A program made the translations under genes and the position numbers. Under the pieces are notes generated by a model, which saw nothing but the letters and a program-made list of their open reading frames with translations, was not told where the DNA came from and did not search any database. From Solirubrobacteraceae bacterium (GTDB lineage: Bacteria; Actinomycetota; Thermoleophilia; Solirubrobacterales; Solirubrobacteraceae), in the NCBI GenBank assembly GCA_051986255.1, contig JBPYDM010000146.1, forward strand, positions 1 through 40,376: a stretch of DNA of 40,376 nt. The letters are read 5' to 3'. Shown one piece after another: positions 9,257 to 18,791 of the stretch. The stretch's first letter is position 1, and each line of letters begins with the position of its first letter.

Positions 9257-11349
9257 GCGGGCTGTAGCTCGCCGACCACCTTCTCGGCAATGTTGGCGGG
9301 CACTTCGTCGTAGCGCTCGAACTGCATCGTGTACGTCGCCCGGCCCTGCGTGGTAGATCGTAGGTCGGTGGCGTAACCGAACATTTCGGCCAGCGGAACG
9401 TAGGCAGTGATGACCTGAGCGTTGCCCCGCTGCTCCATGCCGGCCACGTGGCCGCGGCGCCGGTTGAGGTCCCCGATCACATCACCCATGAAATCCTCCG
9501 GGGTGACCACCTCGACGGCGAACACGGGCTCGAGCAGGACGGGCTTGGCCTTCTGTGCGGCTGCCTTCAAAGCCAGGGAGCCGGCCACCTTGAAGGCCAG
9601 CTCGGACGAGTCGGTGTCGTGGTACTTGCCGTCGGTCAGCGTGACGCGGATGTCAACCATCGGGTAGCCGGCCCTGGGGCCGTTCTCGGTGGCCTCCTCG
9701 ACGCCCTTCTCAACGGCGGGGATGAACTCAGTGGGGATGGCTCCGCCCTTGATTTTGTTGACGAAGTCGAATCCTTCGCCGGGAGCGGGCTCGAGGTCGA
9801 TGTAGACGATCCCGTACTGCCCGGCGCCTCCTGTCTGGCGCACGAACCGGCCCTCGACTTTCTTGGCCTCGCCGCGGACGGTTTCCCGGTAGGAGACCTG
9901 GGGCCGGCCGACGTTGGCGTCCACCTTGTACTCGCGCAGCATCCGGTCGACCAGGACCTCGAGGTGGAGCTCGCCCATGCCGGCGATCTCGGTCTGCCCG
10001 GTCTCCTCGTTGGTTCGGACCTGGAACGTGGGGTCCTCCTCGGCCAGGCGGCCCAGGGCGGTCGACATCTTCTCCTGGTCGGCCTTGGTTTTGGGCTCGA
10101 TGGCCACCTTGATGACGGGCTCGGGGAACTCGATCTTCTCCAGCCGGATCGGCCTGTCGGGCGCGGCCAGCGTGTCACCCGTGGATACCTGCTTGATCCC
10201 CACCGCGGCCGCGATGTCCCCGGCGTAGACCTGCTGAACCTCCTCGCGCTCGTTGGCGTGCATCATCAAGATGCGCCCGATCCGCTCCGTCCGCCCGGTG
10301 GTCACGTTGAGGATCCGCGACCCGGCCTCGAGCCGCCCGGAGTACACCCGGAAGTAGGTCAGCTTGCCCACGTAGGGATCGGCCATGATCTTGAAGGCCA
10401 ATGCGGAGAACGGCTCGTCGTCCTCGGCCTTACGCAGGGCCGGGTGCTCATCGCCGTTGCTCGATCCCTTGGCTGGCTCCAGGCCGTCTACCGGACGCAC
10501 GTCCATCGGGCTCGGGAGGTAGTCGATCACGGCATCCAGCAGCGGCTGGACGCCCTTGTTCTTGAAGCTCGATCCGCAAAGCACCGGCGTCAGCCGGATC
10601 TCCAGCGTGGCCTTCCGGATGGCTTGCTTGAGGCGCTCCGCCGAGATCTCCTGCTCCTCCAGGATCATCTCCAGCAGCCCGTCGTCGTAGTGGGAGACCT
10701 CCTCGAGCAGGTGCTCTCGCGCCGCCGCGGCCTCGTCGGCCAGCTCGGCCGGGATGTCGATCACATCCTGCTCCTTGCCCAGCTCGTCCTTGTAGATGAT
10801 TGCCTTGTTCTGGACCAGATCGATGATCCCGCGGAAGTCCGCCTCGCTACCGATCGGCAGCTGGATGGGCACCGGGTGGGCGCCCAGGCGGTCCACCATC
10901 GTCTGCACGCCTCGCTCGAAGTCGGCGCCGATCCGGTCCATCTTGTTGATGTAGGCGATCCGGGGGACGTGGTACTTGTCGGCCTGACGCCAGACGGTCT
11001 CGGATTGGGGCTCTACGCCCGCCACCGAGTCGAACAGGGCAATGGCGCCGTCCAGAACTCGCAGCGAGCGCTCCACTTCGACGGTGAAGTCCACGTGCCC
11101 GGGGGTATCAATGATGTTGATGCGATGGCCCTTCCACTCCGCCGTAGTGGCCGCCGAGGTGATCGTGATGCCCCGCTCCTGCTCCTGGGCCATCCAGTCC
11201 ATCACGGCCGCGCCCTCGTGAACCTCCCCCATCTTGTAGGTCCGTCCGGTGTAATAGAGGATGCGCTCGGTCGTCGTCGTCTTACCGGCGTCGATGTGGG
11301 CCATGATCCCGATGTTGCGAGTGTTTTCGAGGCTGAACTTGCGAGGCAT
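9253..11349 (-). CDS. fusA: elongation factor G
   Basis: [38 protein letters not shown]; start set at MPRKFSL (an in-frame ATG also at 11394). Confidence 0.98.
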   Translation of the reverse strand: MPRKFSLENTRNIGIMAHIDAGKTTTTERILYYTGRTYKMGEVHEGAAVMDWMAQEQERGITITSAATTAEWKGHRINIIDTPGHVDFTVEVERSLRVLDGAIALFDSVAGVEPQSETVWRQADKYHVPRIAYINKMDRIGADFERGVQTMVDRLGAHPVPIQLPIGSEADFRGIIDLVQNKAIIYKDELGKEQDVIDIPAELADEAAAAREHLLEEVSHYDDGLLEMILEEQEISAERLKQAIRKATLEIRLTPVLCGSSFKNKGVQPLLDAVIDYLPSPMDVRPVDGLEPAKGSSNGDEHPALRKAEDDEPFSALAFKIMADPYVGKLTYFRVYSGRLEAGSRILNVTTGRTERIGRILMMHANEREEVQQVYAGDIAAAVGIKQVSTGDTLAAPDRPIRLEKIEFPEPVIKVAIEPKTKADQEKMSTALGRLAEEDPTFQVRTNEETGQTEIAGMGELHLEVLVDRMLREYKVDANVGRPQVSYRETVRGEAKKVEGRFVRQTGGAGQYGIVYIDLEPAPGEGFDFVNKIKGGAIPTEFIPAVEKGVEEATENGPRAGYPMVDIRVTLTDGKYHDTDSSELAFKVAGSLALKAAAQKAKPVLLEPVFAVEVVTPEDFMGDVIGDLNRRRGHVAGMEQRGNAQVITAYVPLAEMFGYATDLRSTTQGRATYTMQFERYDEVPANIAEKVVGELQPA

Positions 11350-11395
11350 GAAAGTGGAGTGTTGTGGAATTCCGGGCCGCTCGGCTGCGGACATG

Positions 11396-11415
11396 AAAAA
11401 GGGCCCAGCGGGCCC
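11396..11415 (-). terminator. terminator-like hairpin within the fusA leader
   Basis: Minus strand GGGCCC-gct-GGGCCC-TTTTT, about 46 nt upstream of the fusA ATG. Confidence 0.5.
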
Positions 11416-11532
11416 GTTCACGACGCGGCTGTCGGGACGGGACGGTTGTCTATGGAGCGGTGCTCTCCATTGCTTGCGTTGACCGTGCCCGGAAGCGAGC
11501 ACACATGAACCCGCCCACCGGCACGAGAGACG

Positions 11533-11541
11533 AATATAGCA
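11533..11541 (-). promoter_or_regulatory. extended -10 promoter for fusA-tuf
   Basis: TG-c-TATATT on the minus strand about 185 nt upstream of fusA. Confidence 0.6.
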
Positions 11542-11687
11542 GAGGAGATGGGGCTTCCGGGCACGTTTCCGACCGCGCACGCGGGCCGCTGGGCGCCCGC
11601 TCCCAGGACAGGCTGGGCCCCCTGATTGTCTCCCCCTGGTCTGCCCGCGCCGGGGCTCGGCTGACCTTTCCTCGGGGTGTTAGGTGG

Positions 11688-12143
11688 GTGATTCTGCTGG
11701 GCGCGCTGGCGGGAGCCGCGGCGCTTGTCGCCGCCGAGTTCACGACGCTGTGCACAGTCCACGCGAACACCCATCTGGCCGTACCGGCTTGCGGCCGCGC
11801 CGGTTCGCACCATCACTACGCGATGATCCCCATCGCCCTCCTGGTCGTGCTGCTTGGCTTCGCCGCGCTGGGAGGCGGTGGGCGTTATGCGCTGGGCGCT
11901 ATGGCCCTGGTGGCGGTGGTTGCGCTGCTGATCGGGCTCCTGCACGATCTGCCCGCGGCCCAGCAGCACAGGGTCGCGCTCCGCCTGGGCGGAAGATATT
12001 TCACCGCCTCCGACTCTCCCAGCACCGGGATGTACCTGGAGACGCTGGGAGCGGTCATCGTCCTGGTGACGGCTGGAATCGGCCTGCTGCTGGGGCAGCC
12101 GCAGGCGGCTGTGGAGGGCGCGCCGGAGCCCCCAGAGCCGTAG
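11688..12143 (+). CDS. hypothetical membrane protein (about 4 TM segments), antisense inside the str operon; start uncertain (ORF open from 11460)
   Basis: Hydrophobic stretches VILLGALAGAAALVAA, AMIPIALLVVLLGFAAL, ALGAMALVAVVALLIGLL, LGAVIVLVTAGIGLLL. Confidence 0.75.
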   Translation: MILLGALAGAAALVAAEFTTLCTVHANTHLAVPACGRAGSHHHYAMIPIALLVVLLGFAALGGGGRYALGAMALVAVVALLIGLLHDLPAAQQHRVALRLGGRYFTASDSPSTGMYLETLGAVIVLVTAGIGLLLGQPQAAVEGAPEPPEP

Positions 12144-12309
12144 GCGGGGGGCTGTTAGCGGGCGCGGTGCGGTCGTCCACCGTGCGTGGATCGAAGGTAC
12201 CCCTGGATCTAACGACGATTTGATCCGCAGAGACGGAAAATTGGTTCGCAAACTGACAATTGTCTTTTGGTGGTCCAGGGGGAGGCTGGTCGGAGCTACC
12301 CTCCCTGGT

Positions 12310-12365
12310 GCGAGGGTTGTCCACCGCAGCCCCCGGTCCCGTGTGGTGGGCGACCCTCGCTTTTT
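12310..12365 (+). terminator. long hairpin plus U-tract (terminator or 3' end of an sRNA)
   Basis: gcgagggttgtccaccgca / tgtggtgggcgaccctcgc 19-bp stem with three G-U pairs, followed by TTTTT. Confidence 0.7.
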
Positions 12366-12431
12366 GCGTCCTCGCTCTGTTAGTCGTGGGCGGCCGTCGG
12401 TTTTCGTCCGCGGCGCCTCAACTACTTGTGC

Positions 12432-12530
12432 CGTCACAAAGCGCGAATTCCGAGCGGCGCCGAGTGACGCTACACCGCTATACGCGCACCGAACGCACCA
12501 AGCCCCGGCGCTCGCGGGAGCTTTGTTACG
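12432..12530. repeat. 99-bp palindromic dispersed repeat (MITE/REP-like), copy 1
   Basis: 80/99 ungapped identity to 35099-35197 by hand; ends cgtcacaaagc...gctttgttacg are imperfect inverted repeats. Confidence 0.85.
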
Positions 12531-12651
12531 TCACACTCCGACGACCCGGGATCAGCCAGATCGTGGGCCTCCGGGCTCGTCCCCGCCTGCCGACGACCCC
12601 GGATCAGCTCGGGAGCTCCGGGGCGAACGGCCGCCCCGCCCGAGCCAGCCT

Positions 12652-13122
12652 CTACCAGCGATAGTGCGCGAAGGCCTTGTTGGCCTGCGCCATGCGGTAG
12701 ATGTCGTCCTTGCGCTTGAAGGCTCCTCCCTGCTGCTGCTGGGCGTCGAGGAGCTCGTTGGCCAGGCGCTGAGACATCGATTTCTCGCGCCGGTTACGGG
12801 CGAACTGGACCAGCCAGCGCACGGCCAGCGTCCGAGCTCGGCGCTGGGGTACCTCGACCGGTACTTGATAGGTGGCGCCGCCCACGCGCCGGGAGCGCAC
12901 CTCCAGCACGGGCGTCAGCGCCCTGATCCCGGCCTCGAGCTCCTCCACGGGATCGCGACCGGTGCGTTCGCCCAGGATGGCCAGCGCGTCGTAGACGATC
13001 TTTTCGGCCACCGACTTCTTGCCGTCCAGCATGACCTTGTTGACCACCTGCTGGACAAGTCTGTTGTGGTACAGCGGGTCGGCCGGGACGGGCCTGATCT
13101 GGGCAGCAGCCCGGCGCGGCAT
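12652..13122 (-). CDS. rpsG: 30S ribosomal protein S7
   Basis: [40 protein letters not shown]. Confidence 0.99.
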   Translation of the reverse strand: MPRRAAAQIRPVPADPLYHNRLVQQVVNKVMLDGKKSVAEKIVYDALAILGERTGRDPVEELEAGIRALTPVLEVRSRRVGGATYQVPVEVPQRRARTLAVRWLVQFARNRREKSMSQRLANELLDAQQQQGGAFKRKDDIYRMAQANKAFAHYRW

Positions 13123-13166
13123 TAGCCGATCTCCGGACGATCTACCGGCAAGGAGCCAGTTCTCAC
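13122..13166 (-). CDS. putative 14-aa bridging mini-ORF between rpsL and rpsG
   Basis: (M/V)[13 protein letters not shown]; GTGA overlap with rpsL stop, TAATG overlap with rpsG start. Confidence 0.4.
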   Translation of the reverse strand: MRTGSLPVDRPEIG

Positions 13167-13558
13167 TTGGCCTTCACGCCGTACTGCGACCGGGCCTTCT
13201 TGCGGTCGCCCACGCCGGCCGCATCGAGCGTTCCGCGAATGACCTTATAGCGGAAACCGGGAAGGTCCTTTACCCGGCCGCCCCGGACGAGCACCACCGA
13301 GTGCTCCTGGAGGTTGTGCCCCTCGCCGGGGATGTAGGCCCCGACCTCCATGCCGTTGGTGAGCCGGACACGGGCCACCTTGCGCAGCGCGGAGTTCGGC
13401 TTCTTGGGGGTGGTCGTGTACACGCGGGTGCACACCCCACGGCGTTGCGGCGCGGCCACGCGGCGCTTGCGGCCCTTCCCGGACTTGAGGCCGGGGGTGG
13501 CCAACTTCTTCTTGGGCGTAACGCGGCCCTTGCGGATCAGCTGACTGGTGGTAGGCAT
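13163..13558 (-). CDS. rpsL: 30S ribosomal protein S12
   Basis: [40 protein letters not shown]; start ATG 13558. Confidence 0.99.
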   Translation of the reverse strand: MPTTSQLIRKGRVTPKKKLATPGLKSGKGRKRRVAAPQRRGVCTRVYTTTPKKPNSALRKVARVRLTNGMEVGAYIPGEGHNLQEHSVVLVRGGRVKDLPGFRYKVIRGTLDAAGVGDRKKARSQYGVKAK

Positions 13559-13567
13559 CGGAGGCGC

Positions 13568-13576
13568 AGCGTAGCA
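13568..13576 (-). promoter_or_regulatory. extended -10 for near-leaderless rpsL
   Basis: TG-c-TACGCT 9 nt upstream of the rpsL ATG; no SD. Confidence 0.55.
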
Positions 13577-13594
13577 GGGGCCATTATTTCTCCC

Positions 13595-14224
13595 GTGCGT
13601 TGGCGCCGCCCCCGGTTCGCTCTGGTCCTGACCGCCGTAGTCGCGCTGGCGGCGCTGGCCGTCGTGCTGCTGGGAGGAGGTAGTCCCAAGGCCAGCCACA
13701 ACGGAACCGGTCCGGTAAAGAGCCTGCCGAGCGGCCGCATGCACGCCTGCCTGACCACCCGGGCCCAGGCGCAGGCCATCCTGCGAGGAACCGTCAGCGC
13801 TACCGCCACGGCCACCGCTCCCTTGCGGGTCGTCCAGAAGGTCCGTGGATCCCGCTCGGTGGTCACCGTCACCCGCGCCGCGTCATTCACCGCCAGCGTG
13901 GGCGCCACACGGGTCGTGGGCGTCAAGCAAGTCTCGGTCGGCTCGGGTCACGCGTGCGCCACCGCTGCCAGCCTGCCCGCCGCCCGCGGCCTGGCCATTC
14001 GCCACGCCTACGCAATCGCCCTGGCCAACGCGCATAGGCAGGCCAGGGCCCGGGCGCGCCAGAGCCTGCACCGGCTGGAGACGCAGGTCTATCCGTCGCT
14101 GCTGGCCCAGGCGCAGTCAGCGGCACAGCAGCGATCTCGGGCGCAGGCCACGGCCGCGCGTCCGGCTCTGACCATCGTGGCCCACCGTCAGGCGGTCAGA
14201 TTGGCCAACGGCGGGCGTCACTGA
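13595..14224 (+). CDS. hypothetical Ala-rich, basic secreted or membrane-anchored protein
   Basis: GTG start, N-terminus [25 protein letters not shown] looks like a signal/anchor; the upstream part of the supplied ORF is antisense to rpsL. Confidence 0.7.
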   Translation: MRWRRPRFALVLTAVVALAALAVVLLGGGSPKASHNGTGPVKSLPSGRMHACLTTRAQAQAILRGTVSATATATAPLRVVQKVRGSRSVVTVTRAASFTASVGATRVVGVKQVSVGSGHACATAASLPAARGLAIRHAYAIALANAHRQARARARQSLHRLETQVYPSLLAQAQSAAQQRSRAQATAARPALTIVAHRQAVRLANGGRH

Positions 14225-15042
14225 CGGCCGGATGGAGCTGCCGGCTGGCTTCTCCCGCTCCCGTCCAGCCGGTGGTGCAACAGCCACGTCCTCCCCACCG
14301 GCTCGAAGCCCAGCTTGGCGTACAGCTGCTTGGGCCAGTCGTTGTCGTCGGCCACGATGAACGACAGGTCGTGATCCTCACAGGCCAGCGCGGCCGCGCG
14401 AGTCACCAGGGCTCGGGCGTACCCCCGGCCGCGAGCCTCGGGGATCACGTACACGTCCTCCACCTGGGCCACCGGGCCGTCGGAGAACACCAGCGTGATC
14501 CCCGCCAGCGCGCCGTCGGTATCGCGGACGCCCAGGCGGCGGGCCTGACGCGCCCGCCAGGTCAGTCGCTCGCTCTCCAGCAGCTGGCGCAGCTCGTCCT
14601 CGGTGAGGTTGAGCGTTCTGTCCTCGGCCTGCCAACGCCGCATCAGCGCCAGCGTCTCCTCCTCTTCGGGCTCGATGACGATCGAGGTGTCCGTCACCCG
14701 ATCGGGGTCGCGCGCCAGCACCGAATGCAGCTCGACGTCCACCTGCCAGCCCGCGGGACGCAGCGCCTCAGCCAGGCGCAGACCGGTGGCTTCGTGATCG
14801 ACGTAGAGCTGGTGAAAGCCCATGCCCGCCAGGTGCGTTCGGCAGAGCTGCGCGGCCCGATCGGGCGTGGTCTCGCGGGTTACGCGCACGTGGTTGAGCG
14901 CCCACACGGCGGGCAGGGACGGCGTGCGCACCGCCCAGCCCTCCTCAAGCTGGCGAACCTGCTCAGCTGAGAGCTCGACGGTCTGGCGCTGGAACTCCAG
15001 TACCCTGGCGAGACTCTGAGGTGCTGCACGGGGGGCTGGCAC
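14218..15042 (-). CDS. GNAT family N-acetyltransferase
   Basis: Motif A VEDVYVIPEARGRGYARAL, motif B LYAKLGF; TAGGCT -10 6 nt before the GTG. Confidence 0.88.
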   Translation of the reverse strand: MPAPRAAPQSLARVLEFQRQTVELSAEQVRQLEEGWAVRTPSLPAVWALNHVRVTRETTPDRAAQLCRTHLAGMGFHQLYVDHEATGLRLAEALRPAGWQVDVELHSVLARDPDRVTDTSIVIEPEEEETLALMRRWQAEDRTLNLTEDELRQLLESERLTWRARQARRLGVRDTDGALAGITLVFSDGPVAQVEDVYVIPEARGRGYARALVTRAAALACEDHDLSFIVADDNDWPKQLYAKLGFEPVGRTWLLHHRLDGSGRSQPAAPSGRQ

Positions 15043-15164
15043 CAGGCCAGCCTAGCGTCCTCACCTGTGCACTTCTCGGTCGAATCCGTCTACGAGGCCC
15101 TCGCGCGGCGAGTGGTCGCCTTCAAGGCGGACGAGCCAAAGCATTGCCCCAGCCCGGTGCAGAT

Positions 15165-15866
15165 GTGAGCGCCGCGGGTCGGGTCGCAGCTACCTCGGCC
15201 GTTCTGACCGGAGCAGCCGTCTGGTGCGGCCCGGCGGTGGCCGTCCACTGGCCGCCCATGGCGGACGCCCTCCGCGTACCCCTGACGCTTGATCTGGACG
15301 GCGTGGTTCTGACCTACGACGACGGGCCCCACCCCGAGGGCACGCCCGCGGTGCTTGACGCCCTCCGCCAGGCGCAGGCCAAAGCCATCTTCTTTCTGGT
15401 CGGCGAGCAGGTGCGGGCGTATCCCTCGCTGGCGCGAGAGATCGTGGCTGAGGGTCATGAGCCTGCCGTGCACGGCTACCGGCATCGCAACCAGATGCGC
15501 CTGACTCCCGGAGCGTTCGCCGCCGACCTGGACCGGGCGGTAGCGCTCATCGGAGAGACATGCGGGCGGACTCCGATCCGCTACCGGCCTCCCTACGGCG
15601 TGTTCACCCTCTCTGGCCTGACCAGGGTCCGCTCTCGGGCGTTGCAGCCCCTCTTGTGGTCCAAGTGGGGGCGGGACTGGCGCAGCGGGCAGACGCCGGC
15701 CGAGATCGCCTCCCGGGCTACCCGCGGGCTTTCGGCCGGTGATGTGATCCTTCTGCATGACGCCGACTGGTACAGCTCCCCCGGATGCCACCGCAGCACG
15801 GCCGCGGCCACTAAGCTGATCCTGGAGGAGGCGAGCCGACGGGGCCTGTCCACAGTAACGTCGTAG
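15165..15866 (+). CDS. polysaccharide deacetylase (NodB/CE4); start uncertain
   Basis: LTYDDGP, HGYRH, YRPPYG, ILLHD motifs. Confidence 0.9.
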   Translation: MSAAGRVAATSAVLTGAAVWCGPAVAVHWPPMADALRVPLTLDLDGVVLTYDDGPHPEGTPAVLDALRQAQAKAIFFLVGEQVRAYPSLAREIVAEGHEPAVHGYRHRNQMRLTPGAFAADLDRAVALIGETCGRTPIRYRPPYGVFTLSGLTRVRSRALQPLLWSKWGRDWRSGQTPAEIASRATRGLSAGDVILLHDADWYSSPGCHRSTAAATKLILEEASRRGLSTVTS

Positions 15867-16053
15867 AAATCCGCCAGAACCGGCGCGCGACCGCGCACCG
15901 CTGGTCGCCCTGTCATGCTAATGACACGACCCGGCGGTTGATCGCCGGCGGGAGCTCGCCCCAAACCCCCCTTCACGCACGTCGCGCACATCATTGGGTA
16001 TCCATCGCTCTGTGGTATCGACTAGCGAGGCATTGTCGGCTGCCGTCTCGGAG

Positions 16054-17910
16054 GTGACCGTCCGAGAGACGGATTTCGCTCAGGCGCTTGAGCACGCCCG
16101 CGAGCACCTTCTGGGGCTCCAGCACGAGGACGGCTGGTGGAAGGGAGAGCTCGAGACCAATGTGACCATGGATGCCGAGAACCTGCTGCTCAGGCAGTTT
16201 CTGGGGATCCGGGAGCCTGAGGCCACCGAGCGCGGCGCGCGGTGGATCCGCTCCCAGCAGCGTCCCGACGGCTCCTGGAGCAACTTCTGGGGAGGGCCCG
16301 GGGATCTGTCGACCACGACCGAGGCCTACGTGGCTCTGCGGCTGGCCGGAGATGCGCCGCAGGAGGAGCACATGCAGGCGGCCGGCGCGTTCATCCGCAG
16401 CGAGGGAGGCTTGGAGAAGGCTCGGGTGTTCACGCACGTCTGGCTGGCCCTCTTTGGGGCCTGGCCCTGGGAGCAGGTGCCAGTGCTCCCGCCTGAGCTC
16501 ATGTTCCTGCCGCCTTGGGTGCCGCTGAACGTCTACGACTTCGCCTGCTGGGCACGACAGACGGTGGTGGCCTTGTCCGTGGTCATGTCGCAGCGCCCGG
16601 TCCGCCCCCTGCCCTTCGGAGTGGAGGAGCTGCGCGTCGGCGAGCCCTCGACGCAGGCACCGGGCTCCTCACGGGCCGCACAGGCGCTCCTGGCGCTCGA
16701 TCGCCTCCTCCATGCCTATGAGCGCCGCCCGCTGGTTCGCCTACGCGAGTTGGCGCTGAGCCGAGCGGAGCGCTGGATCGTGGACCGGCAGGAGGCGGAC
16801 GGGTGCTGGGGCGGGATCCAGCCCCCGTGGGTGTACTCGATCATGGCGCTTCACCTACGGGGATACGAGCTTGACCACCCGGTGATCCGGCGAGCCCTCG
16901 AAGGGCTTGAGAGCTTCACCATCCACGAGGGCGCGGTCAGCCGGCTCGAGGCCTGCCAGTCGCCGGTCTGGGACACCGCTCTCGCGGTCGTCGCGCTGAC
17001 CGACTCGGGGCTCCAGGACAGCCATCCCGCGCTGGTCAAGGCGGCCGACTGGCTCATGGGCGAGGAGGTGGTGGCCCGCGGCGACTGGGCCGTTCGGCGC
17101 CCCGGGCTCCCCCCGGGTGGCTGGGCCTTCGAATTCGAGAACGTCAACTACCCAGACGTCGACGATACCGCCGAGGTGGTGCTGGCCTTACTCGCGGTCG
17201 ATCACCCCGACCCGGCCCGGCTGCGCGCCGCCGTTGATCGAGCCACTCTCTGGATGGAGGGCATGCAGAGCTCGGACGGTGGCTGGGCGGCCTTTGATGC
17301 CGACAACTGCCAGGCGCTGATCCGCGACCACCCATTCTGTGACTTTGGCGAGGTGATCGATCCTCCCTCGGCCGATGTGACCGCCCACACGCTTGAGATG
17401 CTGGCGGCGCTGGGTTGCTCGGCGCAACCGGCGGCACAGCGGGGGCTGGAGTGGTTGCTCCGGGCCCAGGAGCGGGACGGGTCGTGGTACGGGCGCTGGG
17501 GGGTCAACCACGCCTACGGCACCGGGGCGGCCGTCCCGGCGCTGGTCGCGGCCGGCCTGGATCCAGGATCGCCGGCCATCCGCCGGGCGGTGCGCTGGCT
17601 CGAGCGCCACCAGAACGAGGACGGTGGGTGGGGGGAGGACCCCCGCTCCTACGACGATCCCGAGTGGATCGGGCGGGGCGAGAGCACCGCCTCCCAGACC
17701 GCCTGGGCCCTGCTGGCGCTGCATGCCGCTGGCGAGCGCTCGCTGACCGTCCAGCGAGGGCTGCACTGGCTGGTGGATACGCAGCGGCCCGACGGGACCT
17801 GGGACGAACCCCAGTTCACCGGCACGGGGTTCCCCTCGGACTTCTACATCAACTACCACCTGTACCGGCTCGTGTTCCCGATCATGGCCCTGGGACGGTT
17901 CGTGCGATGA
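16054..17910 (+). CDS. shc: squalene-hopene cyclase; start uncertain (ORF open from 15994)
   Basis: YPDVDDTAEV (DxDD), QW repeats (QHEDGWW, QRPDGSW, QERDGSW, QNEDGGW), SPVWDTA, TGTGFP. Confidence 0.97.
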   Translation: MTVRETDFAQALEHAREHLLGLQHEDGWWKGELETNVTMDAENLLLRQFLGIREPEATERGARWIRSQQRPDGSWSNFWGGPGDLSTTTEAYVALRLAGDAPQEEHMQAAGAFIRSEGGLEKARVFTHVWLALFGAWPWEQVPVLPPELMFLPPWVPLNVYDFACWARQTVVALSVVMSQRPVRPLPFGVEELRVGEPSTQAPGSSRAAQALLALDRLLHAYERRPLVRLRELALSRAERWIVDRQEADGCWGGIQPPWVYSIMALHLRGYELDHPVIRRALEGLESFTIHEGAVSRLEACQSPVWDTALAVVALTDSGLQDSHPALVKAADWLMGEEVVARGDWAVRRPGLPPGGWAFEFENVNYPDVDDTAEVVLALLAVDHPDPARLRAAVDRATLWMEGMQSSDGGWAAFDADNCQALIRDHPFCDFGEVIDPPSADVTAHTLEMLAALGCSAQPAAQRGLEWLLRAQERDGSWYGRWGVNHAYGTGAAVPALVAAGLDPGSPAIRRAVRWLERHQNEDGGWGEDPRSYDDPEWIGRGESTASQTAWALLALHAAGERSLTVQRGLHWLVDTQRPDGTWDEPQFTGTGFPSDFYINYHLYRLVFPIMALGRFVR

Positions 17911-18791
17911 GCGCCACCGCCCGAGACGTCGATGGAGCGTCGCCGCCGAGTCGCGCCGCCTCAGCTCCGTCCTACACGACCATCATGGACCAGGCCCGGG
18001 AGGAGAACTTCCCGGTGGCCAGCCGGCTTCTCCCCGCCCGGCAGCGCCGTCAGCTCCTGGCCATCTACGGCGTGGCTCGCCTGATCGACGACGTGGGCGA
18101 TGAAGCTACGGGCGATCGGGGTGAACTGCTGGACTGGCTGGACGCTGAGCTTGACCGAGTTGCCGCCGGCACGCAGCCTGAGCATCCCGCCATGCGCTCG
18201 CTGGCCGCCGCCTGGCGGGGCACCACACTGCCACTCGCGCCCTTCCGCGCACTGGTAGAGGCCAACCGCCAGGACCAGGAGGTGTCGAGGTACGACACGT
18301 TCGAGCAGCTCCTCGACTACTGCCGCCTGTCGGCCGCTCCGGTCGGGGAGCTGGTGCTGAATGTGTTTGCCGCCGCCACCGCTGACAGACTCGAGCTGTC
18401 AGAGCGGGTATGCGCCGGACTTCAGGTGGTCGAGCACATTCAGGATGTGGCCGAGGATTACGGACGCAAGCGGATTTACATGCCCCGCGCAGACCTGGAG
18501 CGCTTCGGCTGCTCGGAGACTGACCTGACCGGCCCGACGGCTACCCCTGCCGTGAGATTGCTCCTGGCCTTCGAATCAGCGCGGGCCCGGGAGTTGCTGG
18601 CCGCAGGAGGGCCGCTGGCCCGTTCGCTGCCCGTGCGACCCCGAGTGGCCGTGGCCTGTTTCGTGGCCGGCGGCCGCGCGGCGCTGGACGCGCTCGCCCA
18701 GGCGTCCTACGATGTCCTGGGAGCCTCGCCGTCGCGTCGCTCGCGTCGAGACTTCGCCCGGGGCTTCGCCAGGGCGACGCTGGGACGATGA
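17907..18791 (+). CDS. hpnC: hydroxysqualene synthase HpnC
   Basis: ENFPVASRLL, IDDVGD, NRQDQ, YCRLSAAPVG, HIQDVAED; ATGA overlap with shc. Confidence 0.92.
   Translation: MSATARDVDGASPPSRAASAPSYTTIMDQAREENFPVASRLLPARQRRQLLAIYGVARLIDDVGDEATGDRGELLDWLDAELDRVAAGTQPEHPAMRSLAAAWRGTTLPLAPFRALVEANRQDQEVSRYDTFEQLLDYCRLSAAPVGELVLNVFAAATADRLELSERVCAGLQVVEHIQDVAEDYGRKRIYMPRADLERFGCSETDLTGPTATPAVRLLLAFESARARELLAAGGPLARSLPVRPRVAVACFVAGGRAALDALAQASYDVLGASPSRRSRRDFARGFARATLGR

Noticed and set aside
9448-11508. 686-aa plus-strand ORF and many other long antisense or alternate-frame ORFs (e.g. 1826-2917, 6639-7697, 20855-22114, 38355-39599)
   Set aside because: Shadow ORFs of well-supported genes, expected from high-GC codon bias; no recognisable motifs
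11350-11580. 77-aa N-terminal extension of EF-G in the ORF track
   Set aside because: EF-G homology begins at MPRKFSL; the region contains a promoter and a terminator-like hairpin
12275-12365. 6C RNA
   Set aside because: Only one loop is C-rich; I cannot support the family call without a covariance-model search
12538-12608. Mini CRISPR array
   Set aside because: Only two 19-bp units, no leader and no cas genes in the window
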